Positions 54,347-63,393 of a stretch of DNA of 64,000 nucleotides are shown in pieces; within the stretch, counting starts at the first letter, position 1, and each line of letters starts with the position of its first letter. The stretch comes from Candidatus Cloacimonadales bacterium (GTDB lineage: Bacteria; Cloacimonadota; Cloacimonadia; Cloacimonadales; JAIOQZ01), in assembly GCA_963665815.1 (NCBI GenBank), contig OY762463.1, positions 917,469 to 981,468 on the forward strand. The letters are read 5' to 3'. The notes below the pieces were generated by a model. That model was not told the DNA's origin, made no database searches, and saw only the letters and a program-made list of their open reading frames with translations. The position numbers and the translations under genes were made by a program.

Positions 54347-54796
54347 ATGGGAAAATATTCTTTTAATCTTATTAATAAATTCGAAAAGATGAATAATTCA
54401 ATAAAATGGATTATAATAAGCCTTTCCGTTGTTGTTATAACCGTTGTACTCCTTATTGGAGTTGTACCAAAACTGAGAAGTTCAAAACCAAAGATCAAAC
54501 AACCTGTACATCAACAGGTAGCATCCAATGCTACAGTAGATGTTAATCCGGATCTTCTGTCTACCAACGAGCAAATGCTTCAGGTAAATTTTGTCAATGA
54601 GTTCCAGGGATACCGAATTACAGGTATAAGCGTTGAGAAGAATAACTCTGTTGTCTATCTGGAAAAAGATCAATCTACTCAGGAATACAGAATCGGTGAT
54701 GTTGTAATCGGGAACTTCTTTATCAATGATATTCACTGGGCTCATATTATTCTGACAGACAATAATACTATTGTACATCTGAATAACACTAACTAA
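54347..54796 (+). CDS. Bitopic protein: PilN-like N-terminal peptide + TM + PilP/GspC-like beta domain
   Basis: YSFNLINKF (compare the PilN INLLP motif), TM WIIISLSVVVITVVLLIGVV, then YRITGISVEKNNSVVYLEK...EYRIGDVVIGNFFINDIHWAHIILTD. Confidence 0.45.
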   Translation: MGKYSFNLINKFEKMNNSIKWIIISLSVVVITVVLLIGVVPKLRSSKPKIKQPVHQQVASNATVDVNPDLLSTNEQMLQVNFVNEFQGYRITGISVEKNNSVVYLEKDQSTQEYRIGDVVIGNFFINDIHWAHIILTDNNTIVHLNNTN

Positions 54797-54817
54797 ACTT
54801 TATAAACTCTTATCAGC

Positions 54818-55480
54818 ATGTTTTTAACAGATATTCATAATCTGCTTCTCAGGCATTACGGAAATCTTAACTGGTGGCCAGGAGACTCGCAGGACGAAAT
54901 CATCATCGGAGCAATTCTCACTCAAAATACATCCTGGACACAAGTAGAAAAAGCAATTCAAAACCTTAAAGATGCAAATTTGTTATCTCTGAATAAACTT
55001 CTTATTTCTGAAGCTGCCGTGATTGAAGAAGCAATTAAGCCAAGCGGTTTCTTCAAGCAGAAAACAGGCTACCTGAAAAACACGGCTGAGTTCTTTACTA
55101 AAACAGAAGTAAAAGAGCTAAACAATAAGGTATTCAGAAAAAAACTTCTGTCTGTAAAAGGAATCGGACAGGAAACAGCAGATTCTATTCTACTTTACGC
55201 ATTCAATATCCCATTTTTCGTCATAGATGCCTATACTAAGAGGATATTTTCCCGTCTTGGATTCTGTGACAAAACGATTAAATATACTAACCTGCAAAAG
55301 CGTTTTATGCAGGAAATAGAGCCTGATCACGAACATTACAACAATTATCACGCAATGATAGTCAATCTGGCAAAGGACAACTGCCGAACTAAACCAATCT
55401 GCAGTTCATGCTGCTTGAGATCAAAATGCAGAACATATAAGGAGATAAAGACTAATGAAAGCTGTAATACAAAGAGTTAA
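54818..55480 (+). CDS. Endonuclease III-related HhH-GPD protein with Fe-S cluster loop
   Basis: LTQNTSWTQVEKA, HhH KGIGQETADSILLY, C-terminal CRTKPICSSCCLRSKC. Confidence 0.75.
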   Translation: MFLTDIHNLLLRHYGNLNWWPGDSQDEIIIGAILTQNTSWTQVEKAIQNLKDANLLSLNKLLISEAAVIEEAIKPSGFFKQKTGYLKNTAEFFTKTEVKELNNKVFRKKLLSVKGIGQETADSILLYAFNIPFFVIDAYTKRIFSRLGFCDKTIKYTNLQKRFMQEIEPDHEHYNNYHAMIVNLAKDNCRTKPICSSCCLRSKCRTYKEIKTNESCNTKS

Positions 55481-55904
55481 ATCGGCATCAGTAATGGTGG
55501 ATAATGAAATTGTCGGCGATATAGGCACCGGACTTCTTATACTTCTCGGAGTAACACATAACGATACAGATATAGATCTGGAAAAATTCTGCCAGAAAAT
55601 TACTGATCTGAGAATCTTTCCGGATGATAAAAAACCTATGAATCAGTCTGTAACCGATATCGGTGGTGAACTCCTTATCGTTTCCCAGTTTACACTGTAT
55701 GCAGGATGCAAAAAAGGTCGTCGCCCTGATTTCATGCAGGCAGCAAAACCTGATGTTGCAGAAGATATTTATGAAGAAGTTATTGACATTCTTCAGAGAA
55801 CAGGTTTAAAATTAGAAACAGGTGTCTTTGGAGCTCATATGGATGTATCGCTTGTGAATGACGGACCTGTAACAATAATACTGGATTCTGAAGATATCTG
55901 TTAA
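55455..55904 (+). CDS. dtd: D-aminoacyl-tRNA deacylase
   Basis: MKAVIQRVKSASV...GLLILLGV...SQFTLYA...GRRPDF...GPVTIILD. AAGGAG RBS. 26-nt overlap with the upstream gene. Confidence 0.9.
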   Translation: MKAVIQRVKSASVMVDNEIVGDIGTGLLILLGVTHNDTDIDLEKFCQKITDLRIFPDDKKPMNQSVTDIGGELLIVSQFTLYAGCKKGRRPDFMQAAKPDVAEDIYEEVIDILQRTGLKLETGVFGAHMDVSLVNDGPVTIILDSEDIC

Positions 55905-55949
55905 TGTTATCACTTAGCAAAGGCATAATTGTAAAAGGTAGAGGATTTA

Positions 55950-56975
55950 ATGAGAAAAAACTCAGAATGCAGAAAGGTTAGACCAATCACAATAATTTTA
56001 AAGCCATTTCAATTGGCATTATACATAATTATTCAATTATTATTCATACCGTTAGCAATAGCAGGTTTAATCGTAGCCGTCCATAAAGAATTTAAACTAA
56101 GCAAGAAATACAAAGTCTCATTCTCAGGCATAAAAGCTTTGCAGTACAGGTGGTTTATGCACTATTTCGAAACAAGACCGGATTCATTATCTGTCAATTT
56201 CACAAAACACTTCCCCTGTGAATCCCACTGGGGTATGATGTCGCTTATGGGGCCATTAATCATAGCTCAAAAGTTTTTCGGATTCAGGACAAAGATAGGA
56301 AAACTGGTTGAGCCCGGTGAAGAAACTATTGAGTCAGCCTCCGGCATAAGGGTTCTCAGGTTTGACACGATCATGGAGAAATACATTGATCAGGTTGAAC
56401 AGGTAGTAATCCCGGGAGCAGGTTTCGATCTGATTGCTCTACACTACACTAAAAACAGGAATGTGAAGGTCTATGAGTTGGACCAGACGCATACTCTACA
56501 GATAAAGCTTGATACAATGAGGAAAGCTGGAATTGCTCATGACTGGATTACATATATTCCTGTGGACTATTCAACGGAATTCTGGATTGATAAACTTCTC
56601 GAAGCAGGATTTGATAAAACAAAGAAAACTTTATTCCTCTGGCAGAGCGTATCACTTTATCTTGATGAGCAAACAGTAAAACAAACTCTCAGAGAAATGG
56701 CAGAGTTAAGCTGCCCGGGCAGTATTATTGCTCAGGACTTCTATTCTACAGCTTTGTTTACGGGTGAAATATCCAAATCAGCAATGAGAATAATGAATAT
56801 GATAAACAAAATGGGAGAGCCCTGGAAATTCACTATTGATATGTCAGAAGGTGCAGACAATGCGATTGGAACGTTTCTCAGCGAATGTGGATTAAAAATG
56901 ACATCCTGCGATCAGTTTGGGAAAAAACTGGATATACCCCCATATTATTGTATTATTGAGTGTGAGAAGGAGTAG
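55950..56975 (+). CDS. Membrane-anchored class I SAM-dependent methyltransferase (LCM/O-MTase-like)
   Basis: N-terminal TM. VVIPGAGFDLIALHY, VYELDQTHTLQIK and LFLWQSVSLYLDE resemble the leucine carboxyl methyltransferase family. Confidence 0.6.
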   Translation: MRKNSECRKVRPITIILKPFQLALYIIIQLLFIPLAIAGLIVAVHKEFKLSKKYKVSFSGIKALQYRWFMHYFETRPDSLSVNFTKHFPCESHWGMMSLMGPLIIAQKFFGFRTKIGKLVEPGEETIESASGIRVLRFDTIMEKYIDQVEQVVIPGAGFDLIALHYTKNRNVKVYELDQTHTLQIKLDTMRKAGIAHDWITYIPVDYSTEFWIDKLLEAGFDKTKKTLFLWQSVSLYLDEQTVKQTLREMAELSCPGSIIAQDFYSTALFTGEISKSAMRIMNMINKMGEPWKFTIDMSEGADNAIGTFLSECGLKMTSCDQFGKKLDIPPYYCIIECEKE

Positions 56976-57025
56976 ATGTTATGCATATCTAGGATATTAA
57001 AAAAATGAATCTCGATACTCTTTGA

Positions 57026-57946
57026 TCATTTACTTTCTTTCGCTTCTCGTTCAATCTTTTTAATCTCGCTTAGTTCAATATTTACTCTGCCATCGCTGGT
57101 TCTTGGAGTATTGTTAATTATCTTTTTAATTTTTTTGACAGCTTTTTCTTCCTTAATTACTATACCTTTTGAATATAAGTCTTTTATGGACAATACCCTT
57201 AAGTGTTTGTTCTGTATAGAAAACATTATAACCAGACATAAGTAGTTTTCTTCATCATCCTGATATACTAATACAATGCTGTAAAGGTTGTTATCAACAA
57301 TCTGGAATAAGTATTTCTTTATTACAGAAATGCTTTTTAACATATCTATTTCATCTTGATTCACGAGAGATAAATAATTCTTCATCATTGCTAAATTTTT
57401 GTTTTTTAGCGCTTTTTTAAGTGATCTTAAAAAAAATGTAATTTTCTGATCAATTTCTGGAAGAATCAGATCGTTTCCATATTTGTAACCTTTATCGATA
57501 TTGATTCTTGCATTAATCTTTTTCTTCAGAATTGAAACTTTTTTCCTTATCGAATCATTTGAGAGTCCATATTCCGAAATTAACTCTGATCTTTCTATGT
57601 TAGAAAAATACTTCAGAAGAAATTCCAATTCATCAGTTTCAAGATAAGTGCTAATCTGATTAAAACATCTGAGTGGCTCTTCAGTTTCAAAATCAATAAT
57701 CAGCTTTTTTTGCTCTAAAATTTCTTCTTCTTTCAAATATTTCTTATAGCTTTTCTTGAAGAGATTAGAGCTGACTTTAATAATCCATGCATCTGGATTT
57801 TTTATTGAATCCTTACTTAAGTAGTATTGATATATTGCACTTGCAGAAATTTCTCTTGCTAAGTCATGGTTTGACGTTAAAGAATATGTGTATGTAAAAC
57901 TTCTTTTCAGTAATTTTTTTATCTTTTTTTCTTCAAACTCAATCAC
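57026..57946 (-). CDS. ECF-type sigma-70 family factor with a ~150-aa C-terminal extension
   Basis: Region 2-like: NHDLAREISASAIYQYYLSKDSIKNPDAWIIKVSSNLFKKSYKK. Region 4-like: ELEFLLKYFSNIERSELISEYGLSNDSIRKKVSILKKKI. GTG start. Confidence 0.5.
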   Translation of the reverse strand: MIEFEEKKIKKLLKRSFTYTYSLTSNHDLAREISASAIYQYYLSKDSIKNPDAWIIKVSSNLFKKSYKKYLKEEEILEQKKLIIDFETEEPLRCFNQISTYLETDELEFLLKYFSNIERSELISEYGLSNDSIRKKVSILKKKINARINIDKGYKYGNDLILPEIDQKITFFLRSLKKALKNKNLAMMKNYLSLVNQDEIDMLKSISVIKKYLFQIVDNNLYSIVLVYQDDEENYLCLVIMFSIQNKHLRVLSIKDLYSKGIVIKEEKAVKKIKKIINNTPRTSDGRVNIELSEIKKIEREAKESK

Positions 57947-58283
57947 AAATCATCCACCTTTCGACACTATAATTATAAAAAGAGATTATTTTCACACAAA
58001 AATCTTATTAATTTTACTATGTTGTCAATAATTTTTCAGCCTATCGAACCAGTATAAGGCTATCGGGATGAGGCTTATTGATAGTATGTTGCAAAAAGAA
58101 AAAAATAAGAAATATCGTCAGATCAGGGTCAGAAACTTGTAATCAGAAATGATAATTTTTTGTTAAGAAAAGGTGGCATAAATACCTGTAGTGGCAATCT
58201 GAAACATGGGAGGGCATTTCCAGTTTCGCATTGGACTCTGTATGTACACAACTAAACGGAATAAGTATAATGTTAAAATATCC

Positions 58284-58337
58284 CCTCACTACTCACGAGT
58301 AATCAGAGATTTAATACCCATGGAATAATCTCCAAAT
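58284..58337 (+). repeat. 54-bp copy of the 3-prime end of gene 59926-60546 (remnant)
   Basis: The core 58299-58326 is identical to 59939-59966 at 27 of 28 positions. The minus strand encodes FGDYSMGIKSLITRE-stop versus RFEDHSMGIKYLITCEE-stop. Confidence 0.6.
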
Positions 58338-58849
58338 ATACTTAAAAAAAGGCTAATAATTAGGCTATCTTTACAACATGCATCCCCCCGAAACCCAAAT
58401 ACAATGTATGTATAACCTATTATAAATAAAAGTTTTGAAACAGTAAATCAGTGGAAAATATAAATCAATGTAATAGCTTTGAACTAAGTATGATTGTTTT
58501 TAATTGATGGTATTTTATCTTTTTTGTCCGTATAGTAAATTTTCCCGCTAAGAAATCCTGAAGCCTTGGAAGGATTTTAGGGAGGATTTACGGTTTCAGC
58601 TTGCTGAAAATACATTTAGATGAAATTCACTAATTTCATCAACTATTACAACTGTTCTTTTGCTTCGTTTTCTTTGGCACCAAAGAAAATGAAGAGTGCA
58701 TTTTTCTAAGAAATGTCTGCTAAAAATCCTTCCAGTTATCTTGAATTCAGATTTTCAAGAAAAAACGGGAGGATTCAAAATCCTTACAAACATTGACAAG
58801 AAACATTGAATATGTCAATTGTTGTCCAATTCTTAATAAAGGAGAAACT

Positions 58850-59707
58850 ATGTTTTATGTATTTATTTCAATCATAGCATTTCTATTTGTTTTTGTTATG
58901 GGTGCTAAAATTGTTCGTCCAACCGAAAGAGCTTTAATTGAGACCCTCGGACGCTATTCAAGATTTTCGTTACCCGGATTTCACTGGATATTTCCCGGTA
59001 TACAAAAAATGTTCAAAGTGAATGTAACAGAAATTATGGCAGATATAGAGCCTCAGGAGATAATTACTAAAAATAGAATGAATGCTCAGGTAGATCTGGT
59101 CATATATTACAGAGTAAGAGCTGACGAAGAATCCGTTAAAAAATCTCAATATAACGTAAACGACTTTCACTCCGAAATTGTAATGCTTGCTAAAACAACA
59201 GCAAGAAACGTAATCGGTGAGTTAATTTTTGAAGATGTAAACAGCAAGAGAAATGAGTTGAACAAGAAACTGCAGTTGATTCTGGACCATGAAAGCGATG
59301 CCTGGGGTGTTCAAGTTGTAAGAGTTGAGCTAAAAGAGATTCTACCACCTCACGATGTTCAGGAAACAATGAACAACGTAATTAAGGGCGAGAATAAAAA
59401 AACTGCAGCTATTGATTTTGCTTCTGCAAAGGAAATTGAAGCTGACGGAACAAGAAGAGCTCTAGTTAAAGTTGCCGAAGGTAAAAAACAGGCTGCAATT
59501 CTGGAAGCTGAAGGAAAGGCAAAATCTTATGAATTGATTAACAAATCATTTATAGGAAATGCACAGGAGCTGAAACGATACGAAATCACCGAGAATTCTC
59601 TGGTGAATAACTCGAAAATCATCCTGACCGATAAAGGTATCTCTCCACAATTAATTCTGGGAGATATCCCGATTACTAAGAAAACCGAAGCTCCTGCAGA
59701 CAGTTAG
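58850..59707 (+). CDS. SPFH/band-7 (stomatin/prohibitin-like) membrane protein
   Basis: ATG 58850 with AGGAG 5 nt upstream (the track TTG 58793 is rejected). TM, then IVRPTERALIETLGRYSRFSLPGFHWIFP and a C-terminal coiled coil AEGKKQAAILEAEGKA. Confidence 0.85.
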   Translation: MFYVFISIIAFLFVFVMGAKIVRPTERALIETLGRYSRFSLPGFHWIFPGIQKMFKVNVTEIMADIEPQEIITKNRMNAQVDLVIYYRVRADEESVKKSQYNVNDFHSEIVMLAKTTARNVIGELIFEDVNSKRNELNKKLQLILDHESDAWGVQVVRVELKEILPPHDVQETMNNVIKGENKKTAAIDFASAKEIEADGTRRALVKVAEGKKQAAILEAEGKAKSYELINKSFIGNAQELKRYEITENSLVNNSKIILTDKGISPQLILGDIPITKKTEAPADS

Positions 59708-59773
59708 GAGTGAACACTGACCAGACAGATAATAAATCAGACTGTTTGAGTTAATAAATCAATTATCATCAAT

Positions 59774-59805
59774 AGCAATGAGACCAAAAACTCATTGCTT
59801 TTTTG
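59774..59805 (+). terminator. Rho-independent terminator of the SPFH gene
   Basis: Stem agcaatgag / ctcattgct, 8-nt loop, T6 run. Confidence 0.75.
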
Positions 59806-59925
59806 GTAATTCTCACGAAATTAGAGATTGGTCATCAATAAAAGAAGCTATTTTAACAACACTTTTATTGACAGGCTGTGATGAGAGAGAGTTTCTACCA
59901 ATTCAATCTGTGTTAACTTTGCCTC

Positions 59926-60546
59926 TTACTCCTCACAGGTAATCAGATATTTAATACCCATGGAATGGTCCTCAAATCGCCTCAACTTGATAATCATATT
60001 ATCTTCTGATTTGGACAAGCTGACACAATTCAGTTGAATGTCCATCCCTATTGACGGCTTTTTATCGTATTTTATAAATTTCTCTTTATCAACACAGCTA
60101 TAGTAATTCCCAACATACACACCAAAGTATTTCTTGTTTATGTTTGAGCCGTCCTCTCTGCCCTCAGAAAGCAATTTCATCGACTCTCTATAGAGGTTGA
60201 TACAGATTGTCTCATGGACATCGTACTTTACGTTACATTGATCCAGATTAGAAAACATCACAACACCATTCTTGTCCGTTTTTTTTGTGTCGGTAGTAGA
60301 AAAGTACTTCAGATCGGCTCCACCTAAAGGCATCAGGTTGATGCATCTGGCACGCATCTTTCTTTCAACAAGAGAATAAAAGACTTCAATGTTCTCTAAA
60401 GGCTTTCCTGTCTTCGCATCAACTACGGTTATCTTTAATGGCCGTGTTTTCCCGGCTATTGTACAACCGAATATGAGTACCATAACCAGGAGCAGGAACA
60501 TTATCTTTATGCATTTGAGCTTTGCAAGCCTTATCTTATCATTCAT
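59926..60546 (-). CDS. Hypothetical lipoprotein with carboxypeptidase-regulatory-like beta domain
   Basis: Lipobox LIFGC-T. KITVVDAKTGKPLENIEVFY is typical of CarboxypepD_reg-like folds. Confidence 0.55.
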   Translation of the reverse strand: MNDKIRLAKLKCIKIMFLLLVMVLIFGCTIAGKTRPLKITVVDAKTGKPLENIEVFYSLVERKMRARCINLMPLGGADLKYFSTTDTKKTDKNGVVMFSNLDQCNVKYDVHETICINLYRESMKLLSEGREDGSNINKKYFGVYVGNYYSCVDKEKFIKYDKKPSIGMDIQLNCVSLSKSEDNMIIKLRRFEDHSMGIKYLITCEE

Positions 60547-60787
60547 TTCATCTCCTTTCTGTCCAGATCTGTTTATCAGAAAGAAATTGCAGATATTGTC
60601 TATAATGAGAGAGACTCATAAAAACAGCAAGATAATTTTTTGCAGCTCTTAATTACTCCCAAAACAAAAAACTTGCCCTCATGCTCTATACATTCATATT
60701 TTAGTTATAGTGACAATATGTGTTCTTTGCATAATTGCAGTAGCTGACTCGATTTCAGACAGCAACCAATAGTTAGAAGGTGTTAAG

Positions 60788-62623
60788 ATGGAACTAAAAA
60801 AAGATATAAATTTTTTCGGGGTTTTCAGTATTGCCACCGGAGCAATGATCAGCTCAGGTATTTTCATTCTTCCGGGATTAGCGTTCACTATGGCAGGTCC
60901 TGCAATATTCCTTACCTACCTGCTGGCAGGTGTTCTTGCTCTGGCGGGAGTATTAAGCGTTATTGAACTGGCAACAGCCATGCCAAAATCCGGTGGAGAT
61001 TTCTACTTCATCAACAAAACATTCGGTCCGTTGTTGGGGACAATTTCCGGATTCCTCGGTTGGTTTACCCTCTCACTAAAAAGTGCGTTTGCAATCTTCG
61101 GTATATCGGAGATTGTGTTCCTGTTCTGGGGTATCAGTCCGTTAATATCCGGTCTTGTATTATGTACAATCTTTGTGATTATCAACATATTCGGAGTCAA
61201 GGAAGCTGTAGCCTTTCAGAATATACTTGTTGCCGGTTTACTGGCTTTAATGCTGGCTTACATCTCTTTCGGGCTGCCAAATGTGGATGCATCCAGAATA
61301 ACAAATGTGCTCTCAACAGGTTTTAACACAATCGTTATCACTGCCGGATTCGTTTTTATAGCCTATGGCGGCCTACTCCAGGTTGTAAACGTTTCCGAGG
61401 AAATAAATAACCCTAAAAGGAATATACCGCTGGGAATTATCTCCTCAATCACCGTAGTAACAATTATTTATACTATCATAACTTATATCATTACAGGTAC
61501 ACTACCTGCAAAAGAGTTCAGCGGATCTCTCACACCGGTCGCTGACTCTGCCAGATTATTCATGGGAAGCCCCGGATTCTGGGCAATCAGTATTGCCTCA
61601 CTCATTGCTTTTGTTACAACTGCCAATGCCGGAATTATGGCTGCTTCCAGATATCCTTTGGCTCTCAGTAGAGAACACCTTCTTCCGAGTGCGATCTCGA
61701 AAATCAACAAGAAGTTTAAGACTCCGTCCATAGCAATTATCCTGACAGGTGTCTTCATATATGTTTCACTCCTTCTACCTCTGGAGATGCTTGTAAAAGC
61801 AGCGTCTACAGTCGTTCTCACATCCTATGTACTGACTAATATAGCTGTGATAATCTTTAGAGAAAGCAGAATCACAAACTATAAGCCAAGCTTTAAATCA
61901 CCCTTTTATCCATGGCTGCAGATTATTACAATTATATCATTCCTGCTGATCATTGCTGATATCGGAATGCAGGCTGTGGAAATCAGTTTGTCCCTGTTGG
62001 TCATCAGTATAGGTATCTACTTTGCCTATGGAAGGAAAGCCAAAAACAAGGAATACGCCTTCCTTCACCTGATGAAACGCTTTGTTGATGATAAGCTGAC
62101 CGATAATCTTCTCGAAGACGAACTCAGGGATGTAGTTATTAATAGAGACAGTATTGAGCAGGATAGCTTCGATAAACTGATCAAGTCTGCAGAAATCATT
62201 GATATGGAGAACCAGGGTGATTACGAATATATGCTGAAGTCAATAATGAATCAACTTGTGGAAAAGACTCAGATGGATCCGAAAGAACTGCTGAATAAAT
62301 ACTTGAATGCTCAGAAGGAAACTAATTTTGCTATATCAGAATTTCTGGCTATCCCCCACATTGTTATAGATGGAACAGATAAATGCTTCCTGCTGATTAT
62401 CAGAAACAAAAAGGGGATTAAGTTCACCGAGAATGAGAATAAGGTTAATGCAGTTTTCGTGCTTGGTGGAACTAAAGACAAACGAGTCGTTCACCTGAGA
62501 AACATTGCATCAATCGCCTCCCTGGTGTATGAAGAGGACTTCCAAAAGAAGTGGATTAATGCTGAGAATGAGACTGAATTGAAAAACCTGATGCTTCTGA
62601 GTAGTAGGAAGAGGTATTTTTAG
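60788..62623 (+). CDS. APC-superfamily amino acid permease fused to a C-terminal PTS EIIA-2 (PtsN-like) domain
   Basis: About 12 TM helices (FSIATGAMISSGIFILPGLAF...). C-terminal FLAIPHIVIDG (His codon 62357-62359), AVFVLGGTKDKRVVHLRNIASIASLV. Confidence 0.75.
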   Translation: MELKKDINFFGVFSIATGAMISSGIFILPGLAFTMAGPAIFLTYLLAGVLALAGVLSVIELATAMPKSGGDFYFINKTFGPLLGTISGFLGWFTLSLKSAFAIFGISEIVFLFWGISPLISGLVLCTIFVIINIFGVKEAVAFQNILVAGLLALMLAYISFGLPNVDASRITNVLSTGFNTIVITAGFVFIAYGGLLQVVNVSEEINNPKRNIPLGIISSITVVTIIYTIITYIITGTLPAKEFSGSLTPVADSARLFMGSPGFWAISIASLIAFVTTANAGIMAASRYPLALSREHLLPSAISKINKKFKTPSIAIILTGVFIYVSLLLPLEMLVKAASTVVLTSYVLTNIAVIIFRESRITNYKPSFKSPFYPWLQIITIISFLLIIADIGMQAVEISLSLLVISIGIYFAYGRKAKNKEYAFLHLMKRFVDDKLTDNLLEDELRDVVINRDSIEQDSFDKLIKSAEIIDMENQGDYEYMLKSIMNQLVEKTQMDPKELLNKYLNAQKETNFAISEFLAIPHIVIDGTDKCFLLIIRNKKGIKFTENENKVNAVFVLGGTKDKRVVHLRNIASIASLVYEEDFQKKWINAENETELKNLMLLSSRKRYF

Positions 62624-62629
62624 GGGGAG

Positions 62630-62851
62630 TCAATCCACCCTCAGCTTCCCCATGAAACGGATATAGTTTGTTTCTTTCGCCCCAATACGATGACCACAGT
62701 TTGGACAAAGGACATCATCATTTTCCTCTATGCAGTAGCTTTTCCGGATACAGGAATAATACATGCGGATTAGAGAGCCTTTCCCCACTTTCCTGTAGCG
62801 AAAGAGCTTCTGCTTGCAATCAGGACATTTGATAGTTATGATTTTTTCCAT
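62630..62851 (-). CDS. Small zinc-ribbon protein
   Basis: 73 aa with CPDC...CPNC pairs. Confidence 0.5.
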   Translation of the reverse strand: MEKIITIKCPDCKQKLFRYRKVGKGSLIRMYYSCIRKSYCIEENDDVLCPNCGHRIGAKETNYIRFMGKLRVD

Positions 62852-63393
62852 ACCTTATCTAAGCTGAGTATACAATAGAGTCAAGGATTTATAAGTTGGT
62901 GCTAAAACATGACTTTTTCCCTTGGGATCAGCACACAGTGTGTATAAAAACAGATTTTGTCGCTTCACTCACTCAAAAACTACTTCCCTTCGACTCCGCT
63001 CAGGGTACTTACAACTCTAACTTTTTCAGTAAGTTAAGCTGATTGAGTCCCGAATAATCGGGAAAATCTACGACATAAATTATTGAAAATTTCAAGATAT
63101 TTCGCGTTTTCACACAGTCTGTCAATCAACATAGATTATTCATCAAGAATTCTTATTCACTTCTTATAACTTCACTTAACATAACTTAAGAAAAGTTATT
63201 TTATATTAAGTATATTTTCTTTAATTTAAATTTTTGCTTGACAAATTATATGAATTATGTTTTCTGTCTCATCGAATGTTTTTAAACAACGAGAGCATGG
63301 TTCAACACAAATCAATATGGTGTGACATTGATTAGATTTCAATCGAGTTAAAACTTACAAAGATAATAATTACTTTATGCAGGAGGTGACAAC

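Noticed and set aside
58793-58849. Track start (TTG 58793) for the SPFH gene, and TTGACA at 58793-58798 as a promoter -35
   Set aside because: ATG 58850 has an AGGAG RBS 5 nt upstream and starts directly at the TM helix. No acceptable -10 lies 16-18 nt after the TTGACA.
62955-63075. Motif cttcactcactcaaaaactacttcccttcgactccgctcagggtac and hairpin tcccga-ataa-tcggga, reminiscent of short intergenic repeat elements seen in metagenomes
   Set aside because: There is a single copy in this window. My recollection of the element family is vague, and no function can be inferred without a genome-wide repeat search.
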